Below are positions 10,528-17,358 of a stretch of DNA of 64,000 nt, piece after piece. How positions within the stretch are numbered: the stretch's first letter is position 1; each line of letters opens with the position of its first letter. Source of the DNA: Kofleriaceae bacterium (GTDB lineage: Bacteria > Myxococcota_A > Polyangia > Haliangiales > Haliangiaceae); contig CBDCCZ010000044.1 in assembly GCA_965215005.1 (NCBI GenBank), positions 1 to 64,000 on the forward strand, in the 5' to 3' direction. Below the pieces are notes generated by a model. That model did no database searches, was not told where the DNA came from, and worked only from the letters and a program-made list of their open reading frames with translations. Position numbers and translations under genes: made by a program.

Positions 10528-11253
10528 CGAATCGAGTGAGCGCGATGCTTTCGTGGCTCATGGTCGCGGTGGCGATCGTGCTCGTAAAGCTTCACTACAG
10601 CTCGGCTACGGCCGACGAGCTCTGGTGGATCCTGGCTCCCACTGCGCGGCTCGTCGAGTTGCTAACGGGAGCCAACTTTCAGTATGAAGCTGGCGCCGGC
10701 TGGATGAATCGCGAGGCTCTGTTCGTGATCGCCCCCGCCTGCGCGGGAATCAACTTCCTGCTCGCGGCCTTCCTTTCGTTGGCGCTGGTCTCGCTTCCGC
10801 GGGTTCGGCGAATCGGCAATAGGTTTGTAGTCCTAGCGGCCGCGTTGCTCCTTGCCTACGGCGCTGCGCTGTTGCTGAACGCAGTGCGCATAGCGGTCGC
10901 CATGGGTGAGCGCGCCGCCGCCGGGCAACATCGCGCGGAAGGCGTGGCGGTATTCTTCTTGGGACTTTGCGTGCTGCATCTGTGCGCCAAGAGGGCTCTA
11001 CGAGCTCTCGAGAGTCGAGGGTTCGCGAGAGGCCCCGGATATGTGGGCTAACTTGCGCGGGCTCATTGCACCTCTGTTTGCGTACCTGCTCATCGCTGTG
11101 GGTTTGCCGTTCTGCAACGGCGCCGGCGAGCGGCAAGCCTTCGTCACGCATTGCACCAGCCTCGTCGCGATGAGCATTGCGATCGCGGCGGCCGTTGCAG
11201 CGGTGCAGACCTTGATTGGCATTTGCATGAAAAGGACAAATCGATGCAGCTGA
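10524..11253 (+). CDS. xrtK: Exosortase K-like protein; C-terminal part probably split off by a +1 frameshift near 11030
   Basis: KLHYSSATADELWWILAPTARLVELLTG; Cys/Arg/His triad (PACAGINF, NAVRI, QHRAEG). The next frame gives PLFAYLLIAVGLPFCNGA..AFVTH, which resembles a two-TM C-terminal extension. ATGA overlap with the upstream gene. Confidence 0.75.
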
Positions 11254-11411
11254 TGACGTGTATCGTGGTTGCGACCCTGCTGGGCGAGACGGTCGCGGTG
11301 CGGCGCCGACGCCGACATCGGCCGCGCGCTATCGAGCTCGAGTAGCGAGCCGCGCCCCGCGTGCTCGATCACGCGGGTCTGCTCGCGCGGGATCCGCTAC
11401 CCTGCAGAGGC

Positions 11412-13802
11412 ATGGCGCGCGCGATCATCTCGAGTCTTCTCGTTGTCATCTTATGGCCGGTGTTGGCGGTTGCGGCGCCGCCGGTGCCTTCGGGGGCACA
11501 CCCGCGGATTTGGCTCGATGGGGAGACGCTAGCGCACCTGCGAGCAGAGGCGAAGCGGCCCCAGAGCGCGACGGCGCGGGCGATCGCGGGCTGCGATCGG
11601 GTACGGCGCGAGCCCTCGCAGCACCTGGTGGATCAGTATCAAGGGTTCACGTTCTCGGAGCATCTGCAAAATTGTGCGTTAGCGTGGCAGGTGACGGGTA
11701 AGAAAGAGTATGCAGAAACTGCGTTGATATACTTTCGAGCGTTGCTCGATGACTACAAGAAAGTCGGCGCGGGTGATGGCGGCGATGACGTGGTTCGGCA
11801 CGACTCAGGGTATGCGGTGCGGATGTTTGGGCCCAATGCGGCGCTGGGGTACGACTGGCTGTACGATGCGCCGGGGATGACGGAGGCGCTGCGGGCGCAC
11901 GCGAGGGCGCGATTTAGCGCCTGGATGGACTGGTACCAAGCCGAGGGATATCTAGCAGACAAACCAGGAGCCAATTTTCAAGCCGGATATGTCTATGCGG
12001 CCACGCTCATCGCCATTGCTCAAGGAGCGGAGGCGGGCGCGGCAGGAACGGCGCTGTGGCAGCGGGTAGTGGAGACGGTGTTTGGCAAGGAGATGCTGCC
12101 TGCCATGGCATCAGGGGGCATTCTGCACGGCGGGGACTGGCCCGAAGGTTGGCAGTATGGCGCGCTGAGTGTGCTGGAGTACGCGCTGGCGATGCGGGCG
12201 CTGCAAGAGCAAGGGGTGGCGCTTGCCGGGGCGGAGCAATGGGGGGAGCAGCTGATGCGGCGCTATCTGCACGGGCTCACGCCGACCGGGGCGATGTTCG
12301 TTGGCGGCGACACGCAGATCGAAGCGCCGCATCTGGAGCCGAGCGTGTATCCGCTGTTGGCGGTGCTGGTGGGGCCAGCGACCGAAGCGGCGCGGAGCTG
12401 GGCGCGGGCCACCAAACAAGCGCTGGAAGTCCACGAAGAGCAGTATCCGCTGTATGAAGCGCTCGCCGATGCCAGTCGCGGCTCAGTGACGTCGCCGCTG
12501 AGTCACGAGCCAACGTACTACTTTGCTTCTGGAACGCAGACGTTTTACGTGCGCTCTAGCTGGTCTGCGAAGGCCGCCTGGGCGGTGGTGCAGTGCACGC
12601 CGCGGCGGCGCGATCATCAACATCTCAATGCCGGCAACGTGCTGCTCAGTCGCGGCGCCGATGCGGTTCTGGTCGATCCCAGCCCCTACGACTCGCTCTC
12701 GTCCCTCACGTCGAATGCGCCCACCGTGGTCTCGAAGAACCTTCCTGAGAACTATCAACCGAGCCAAGCGCCATGGGGGGAGCAAACCCGGCTCACCAGT
12801 GCCGGGCAGACCGCTTCCGGCGTGGCGGTGGTGCAGTGCGATTATGCGGATCAGTATCGATTCAAGGAGACGCAGCCGGACGTGCTCGCGGCGCGACGCG
12901 ACGTGGTCTTCGTTCCCTGGAATGATGGCGCTTCGCTGGTGATCATTGATCAAACACGCACTCGCGATAGCAGCCAGCCTTTGCAGATGCGGTTTCGCAC
13001 TGCGGCACCGCTACGAGCCAACGGCAATGCGGCGCGCGGACACGTCGGGTCGACGCAGGTGGGCATCGGCCGGCTTTGGGCATCGAGCAATGCAAGGGCG
13101 CGCATCGCGCCGGTGACGGTGGGCAACTGTTATGGTGGCGTCGCTCGCGGCCAATGCGCTGCCGCACGGTTTCTCGTGCATGAATATTCTGTCGAAGTGC
13201 CGGGGCCTCAGGCGGCGTTGGCACATGTCGTCGATGCGTCGGCTACCGGGCCGCTCGCGCCGATTTCCACCAGGGAGGGTGCTGGATATCGGGTGGCGCT
13301 GCTCGAGCGCGGTGGGGAGACCACGGCGGTCGTGGTTCCCGAAGGGCCGGCAGCGCAGCTCACGTACCAGGCGCCGCGGCGGGCGCGTCACGTGGTGTTG
13401 CATCCATCGGGGGGAACATTCGCGAGCGCGACCGGGTCCGCCGACGGCAAGCAATGCCGGATTTCGGTGCGAGCGGGCGCGGCACGCACACTCGCTGAGC
13501 CGCTGGTACTAAATGTAAGCGAGTCGTGCGTCGTGACCGTCGAGGAGCCGCGACGCGCCTCGCCGGTGGAGGATTCGATGTTTGCCAAAGCTGCAGACAC
13601 CCCGCCGGGCGCGAGCGGTCGGGCTGCCACGAGACAGTCGCCTGCGCCCAGTTTTACCGCGGTGCAGCCATCGCCGCGTGGCTGCGGCTGCGCGGCCGGC
13701 ACCTCCGATGCGGCGTCGATGGGCGGCGGGCTCCTGGGATTGATGTGGCTCTTGCGTCGCCGGTTGCGGCGCGATCGGTTCCAGCGGTACCGTCGCTGTT
13801 GA
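11412..13802 (+). CDS. Heparinase II/III-like (polysaccharide lyase-like) protein with MYXO-CTERM tail, paralog 2
   Basis: Signal peptide, HPRIWLD, GGDWPEGWQYG, DHQHLNAGN; C-terminus RGCGCAAG...GLLGLMWLLRRRLRR. Confidence 0.75.
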   Translation: MARAIISSLLVVILWPVLAVAAPPVPSGAHPRIWLDGETLAHLRAEAKRPQSATARAIAGCDRVRREPSQHLVDQYQGFTFSEHLQNCALAWQVTGKKEYAETALIYFRALLDDYKKVGAGDGGDDVVRHDSGYAVRMFGPNAALGYDWLYDAPGMTEALRAHARARFSAWMDWYQAEGYLADKPGANFQAGYVYAATLIAIAQGAEAGAAGTALWQRVVETVFGKEMLPAMASGGILHGGDWPEGWQYGALSVLEYALAMRALQEQGVALAGAEQWGEQLMRRYLHGLTPTGAMFVGGDTQIEAPHLEPSVYPLLAVLVGPATEAARSWARATKQALEVHEEQYPLYEALADASRGSVTSPLSHEPTYYFASGTQTFYVRSSWSAKAAWAVVQCTPRRRDHQHLNAGNVLLSRGADAVLVDPSPYDSLSSLTSNAPTVVSKNLPENYQPSQAPWGEQTRLTSAGQTASGVAVVQCDYADQYRFKETQPDVLAARRDVVFVPWNDGASLVIIDQTRTRDSSQPLQMRFRTAAPLRANGNAARGHVGSTQVGIGRLWASSNARARIAPVTVGNCYGGVARGQCAAARFLVHEYSVEVPGPQAALAHVVDASATGPLAPISTREGAGYRVALLERGGETTAVVVPEGPAAQLTYQAPRRARHVVLHPSGGTFASATGSADGKQCRISVRAGAARTLAEPLVLNVSESCVVTVEEPRRASPVEDSMFAKAADTPPGASGRAATRQSPAPSFTAVQPSPRGCGCAAGTSDAASMGGGLLGLMWLLRRRLRRDRFQRYRRC
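11472..12473 (+). repeat. ~1.0 kb direct repeat, copy 1 (partner 13865..14866)
   Basis: By-eye alignment at a constant offset of 2393, no indels, about 33 substitutions (~97% identity). Confidence 0.95.
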
Positions 13803-16177
13803 TGCGCCGCTCTTTGCAACTACTTTGCGCCGCGGCGCTGTGGATGGTGTCGCAACCCGCGTTGGCGGCGCCACCGGTGCCTTCGGGGGCACACCCGCGG
13901 ATCTGGCTCGATGGAGAGACGCTGGCGCACCTGCGAGCAGAGGCGAAGCGGCCCCAGAGCGCGACGGCGCGGGCGATTGCGGGCTGCGATCGGGTACGGC
14001 GCGAGCCTTCGCGGCACCTAGTGGATCAGTATCAAGGGTTCACGTTCTCGGAGCATCTGCAAAATTGTGCGTTAGCGTGGCAGGTGACGGGTAAGAAAGA
14101 GTATGCAGAAACTGCGTTGGTATACTTTCAAGCATTGCTCGATGATTATAAGAAAGTCGGCGCGGGCGATGGCGGCGATGACGTGGTTCGGCACGACTCA
14201 GGGTATGCGGTGCGGATGTTTGGGCCCAACGCGGCGCTGGGGTACGACTGGCTGTACGATGCGCCGGGAATGACGGAGGCGCTGCGGGCGCACGCGAGGG
14301 CGCGATTTGGCGCCTGGATGGACTGGTACCAAGCCGAGGGATATCTAGCAGATAAGCCAGGAGCCAATTTTCAAGCCGGGTATGTCTATGCGGCTACGCT
14401 CATCGCCATTGCCCAAGGAGCGGAGGCGGGCGCGGCAGGAGAGGCGCTGTGGCAGCGGGTGGTGGAGACGGTGTTTGGCAAGGAGATGCTGCCTGCAATG
14501 GCATCAGGGGGCATTCTGCATGGCGGGGACTGGCCCGAAGGTTGGCAGTATGGAGCGCTGAGCGTGTTGGAGTACGCGCTGGCGATGCGGGCGCTGCAAG
14601 AGCAAGGGGTGGCGCTTGCCGGGGCGGAGCAATGGGGGGAGCAGCTGATGCGGCGCTATCTGCACGGGCTCACGCCGACCGGGGCAATGTTCGTCGGCGG
14701 CGACACGCAGATCGAAGCGCCGCATCTGGAGCCGAGCGTGTATCCGCTGTTGGCGGTGCTGGTGGGGCCAGCGACCGAAGCGGCGCGGAGCTGGGCGCGG
14801 GCCACCAAACAAGCGCTGGAAGTCCACGAAGAGCAGTATCCGCTGTATGAAGCGCTGGCCGATGCCCGCACTGGACCGGCCGAGCCATTCGCAAGCGATG
14901 AGCCGACTGCCTACTTCGCTTCGGGAACAGAAACACTCTATTTACGCTCGAGCTGGTCACCTGATGCCATCTGGGCGGTGGTGCAGTGCACGCCGCGGCG
15001 GCGCGACCATCAACATCTCAACGCCGGCAACGTGGTGCTCAGCCGCGGCGACGATCACGTGCTGGTTGATCCGAGTCCTTACGACTCGATGTCGTCCCTT
15101 ACCTCGAACGCGCCGACGGTAGTCTCAAAGAACCTTCCCGACAATTATCAACCGAGTCAGGCACCGTGGGGGGAGGAGACTCGCATGGTGATGGCCGGGC
15201 AAGCGGCTTCTGGGGTGGCAGCGGCGCGCTGCGCGTACGCCGACCAGTATCGCTTCAAGGCGACCACGCCCGATGTGCTCGATGCCCAGCGGGACGTGGT
15301 GCTTGTGCCTTGGCAACGCGGTGGCTCACTCGTCGTCGTCGATCGCGTGAAGACGACCACGGCGGAGCAGCCGCTGGCGCTGCGATTTCGCAGTCCCGCG
15401 CCGCTCGAGCTGCTCCCCGGCGATGGCGACGCTGGTTCCACGCCGCTGGCGGGCGCTAGCGGAGTGCTCGGCGACACGACGTTCACGATCGCGCCGCTGT
15501 GGGCATCTGGGGGAACATCGAAGATCGAGCCGCTAGCGGTGGGAAACTGCTACGGCGGTGTGGAGCGCGGTAAATGCGATGCCGCCCGCATCCCCGGTTC
15601 GCAGTTGGCCATCGAGGTGCCAGGCGCGGCGCCGGCCGCGGGATTTTTGCTAGACGCTGCACCCGAGGGTGCAACGACAGCATTCGAGGTCCGTGAAACC
15701 AAGGAATACCGCTTGGCGATCCTGCGTCATGCTGAGCAGTTGGCGGTTATCGCAGTGGCCAATGGCGCAGCAATCGCTTCCTATGAGGCACCGCGAGGAG
15801 ATGCGCATCACGTGGTTCTCGACCCACCGCCGGCAGATGCCATTTCCGCGACCGCTTCGCCCGGAGCGGATCGAACCTGTCTGGTAACGCTGACCCGCGG
15901 TGGCTCGGGCGCGCTGCCGGCCCGGCCGCTGATCTTCCGTGTCGATGAACAGTGCAATGTCGCGTCCGATCCTTTGATCCTGGCTGTGGACGCCCCTGCC
16001 GTTGTGGCGAAAGGCGCTGCCGCGGCGCCGAGCAAGGTGCCCGAGGGGGCGCGGCTCGGTTGCGGCTGCCGATGTCAACTATCGCCTGCCGCTGCGGCTG
16101 CCCACGCGTGGTTGGTCATGCTCGTGCTCGTCGTTCTCGCGCCGGTGCGCAAGCGCTGTGGACGTCGCCACTGCTGA
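13802..16177 (+). CDS. Heparinase II/III-like (polysaccharide lyase-like) protein with MYXO-CTERM tail, paralog 3
   Basis: TGATG stop/start overlap with paralog 2; signal peptide MRRSLQLLCAAALW...ALA; same motifs; C-terminus LGCGCRC...WLVMLVLVVLAPVRKR. Confidence 0.75.
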   Translation: MRRSLQLLCAAALWMVSQPALAAPPVPSGAHPRIWLDGETLAHLRAEAKRPQSATARAIAGCDRVRREPSRHLVDQYQGFTFSEHLQNCALAWQVTGKKEYAETALVYFQALLDDYKKVGAGDGGDDVVRHDSGYAVRMFGPNAALGYDWLYDAPGMTEALRAHARARFGAWMDWYQAEGYLADKPGANFQAGYVYAATLIAIAQGAEAGAAGEALWQRVVETVFGKEMLPAMASGGILHGGDWPEGWQYGALSVLEYALAMRALQEQGVALAGAEQWGEQLMRRYLHGLTPTGAMFVGGDTQIEAPHLEPSVYPLLAVLVGPATEAARSWARATKQALEVHEEQYPLYEALADARTGPAEPFASDEPTAYFASGTETLYLRSSWSPDAIWAVVQCTPRRRDHQHLNAGNVVLSRGDDHVLVDPSPYDSMSSLTSNAPTVVSKNLPDNYQPSQAPWGEETRMVMAGQAASGVAAARCAYADQYRFKATTPDVLDAQRDVVLVPWQRGGSLVVVDRVKTTTAEQPLALRFRSPAPLELLPGDGDAGSTPLAGASGVLGDTTFTIAPLWASGGTSKIEPLAVGNCYGGVERGKCDAARIPGSQLAIEVPGAAPAAGFLLDAAPEGATTAFEVRETKEYRLAILRHAEQLAVIAVANGAAIASYEAPRGDAHHVVLDPPPADAISATASPGADRTCLVTLTRGGSGALPARPLIFRVDEQCNVASDPLILAVDAPAVVAKGAAAAPSKVPEGARLGCGCRCQLSPAAAAAHAWLVMLVLVVLAPVRKRCGRRHC
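13865..14866 (+). repeat. ~1.0 kb direct repeat, copy 2 (partner 11472..12473)
   Basis: Same alignment as copy 1. Confidence 0.95.
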
Positions 16178-16204
16178 CGTTGGGCCGTTGCCACACTTTC
16201 ACTT

Positions 16205-16906
16205 TCACGATAGTTCCGGCAGCGGTCGCCAGTGGCGGTCGCCGACCCGAAATGTCTGACTCACGCGACGGCCATCCCAGCGCAAGAAGAAGTGCGAGCC
16301 TTGCTTGACGGGGCCGACGGCGCGCGGGCTGAACGCGCCGATGCATTGGCCTTGGCGGTCGCGCACGCTGTTGTAAACCACGCCGTTGCTTCCCAGATCC
16401 CGCAATCGTCTTCCCATGACCTGTGATGCAGCGTAATCGTGCGCGTCGTGAAGCGCGGGCCAGCCATCGCGCAGGTCGTGGAGCTCAACCGCCAGTGTGC
16501 CCACGTACGTGCGATATTCGCTGCGAAACGGTTCTTCTGACGTTCGCACGAGAAATCGCTCGAGATGATATGCGACCTCGATGAGCGCCGTGTCGAGGCG
16601 ATCGGCCGCGTAGTACACGCCGTAGCTGCCATCGGTGAAGCGCGAAGGGAAGCCCACGTGAGTGAAGGCTGCCATCACCGGAGAGGCGCCAGGACCAGCA
16701 ATTCGCTCGTGTACTGGCACGAGGTTGATATTGCCGATCTCATCGCGAAGGCGGTCGTTGGTAAGCCCTTCGAGCTCCGCCAAGAGCTCCCAGTCTGCAG
16801 GGTCGGAAATGCGCTCGAACAGGTTGATGGGCGGATAGCGAGAGGGGATGAGTCGATAGGTGGCCTGCCACTGAACGTGTCGCTCGGGCGGCAACACCTG
16901 CATCAT
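16205..16906 (-). CDS. RES-domain toxin (NAD+ phosphorylase family)
   Basis: TYRLIPSRYPP, SRFTDGSYGVYYAA, ALIEVAYH, YAASQ, GVVYNSVR (R, E and S residues present). Confidence 0.9.
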   Translation of the reverse strand: MMQVLPPERHVQWQATYRLIPSRYPPINLFERISDPADWELLAELEGLTNDRLRDEIGNINLVPVHERIAGPGASPVMAAFTHVGFPSRFTDGSYGVYYAADRLDTALIEVAYHLERFLVRTSEEPFRSEYRTYVGTLAVELHDLRDGWPALHDAHDYAASQVMGRRLRDLGSNGVVYNSVRDRQGQCIGAFSPRAVGPVKQGSHFFLRWDGRRVSQTFRVGDRHWRPLPELS

Positions 16907-17322
16907 GACAAGCCGCCGCGCACGTGATCAAGGTAGCTACGGACCGCGTGCAAATCCGAGATATTGCCGCCTAGCATCCGCTCCAGCGCCGAGGCGCCCG
17001 AAAAGGCTTCGTTGGCTCGAGTTATCCAGCCGTCAGCGCGTTCTGGGTTGGGAAACAAAATCTGCAGGGCTTTATAGATGCCGAGCACGTAGCTTATGCG
17101 CTCGAACGTATCGCGTGAGAGCTTGCCGCCTTCGCCTTTCTTCCACGCGTAAAAGGTGGTTTTACTGGGCGCCCCGAGCAGGATTCGGGCGTCGCGGTCG
17201 GTGACGTTCCACGCCGCCATGATCTGGAAGAACGCCCGCTTGGCGACCTCGCTGGCGTGGGGCTCGTCGTGCAGCCGACGCGGCACTGGATAGGCCGGAC
17301 TCGATGCGCGATGGATGGCCAT
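16903..17322 (-). CDS. Xre/MbcA/ParS-family antitoxin
   Basis: N-terminal HTH plus ERISYVLGIYKALQILF...ADGWI..N.AFSG.SALERML...VRSYLD; ATGA-coupled to the RES gene. Confidence 0.9.
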   Translation of the reverse strand: MAIHRASSPAYPVPRRLHDEPHASEVAKRAFFQIMAAWNVTDRDARILLGAPSKTTFYAWKKGEGGKLSRDTFERISYVLGIYKALQILFPNPERADGWITRANEAFSGASALERMLGGNISDLHAVRSYLDHVRGGLS

Positions 17323-17357
17323 AGTTCAAATCTGAACTGAATGGAATCAGGTGTCAA
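17323..17357 (-). promoter_or_regulatory. Sigma-70-type promoter with overlapping inverted-repeat operator for the TA operon
   Basis: TTGACA (17357-17352), 17 nt, CAGATT, 6 nt, ATG. Perfect AGTTCA-N4-TGAACT at 17323-17338 covers the -10 box. Confidence 0.7.
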
Positions 17358-17358
17358 G

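Noticed and set aside
11041..11253. Independent small membrane protein after xrtK
   Set aside because: More simply the frameshifted C-terminal extension of the exosortase, though a real split gene is not excluded.
11472..14866. Diversity-generating retroelement template/variable repeat pair
   Set aside because: The repeat is ~1 kb, differences are mostly synonymous transitions rather than adenine-specific, both copies are coding, and there is no reverse transcriptase in the window.
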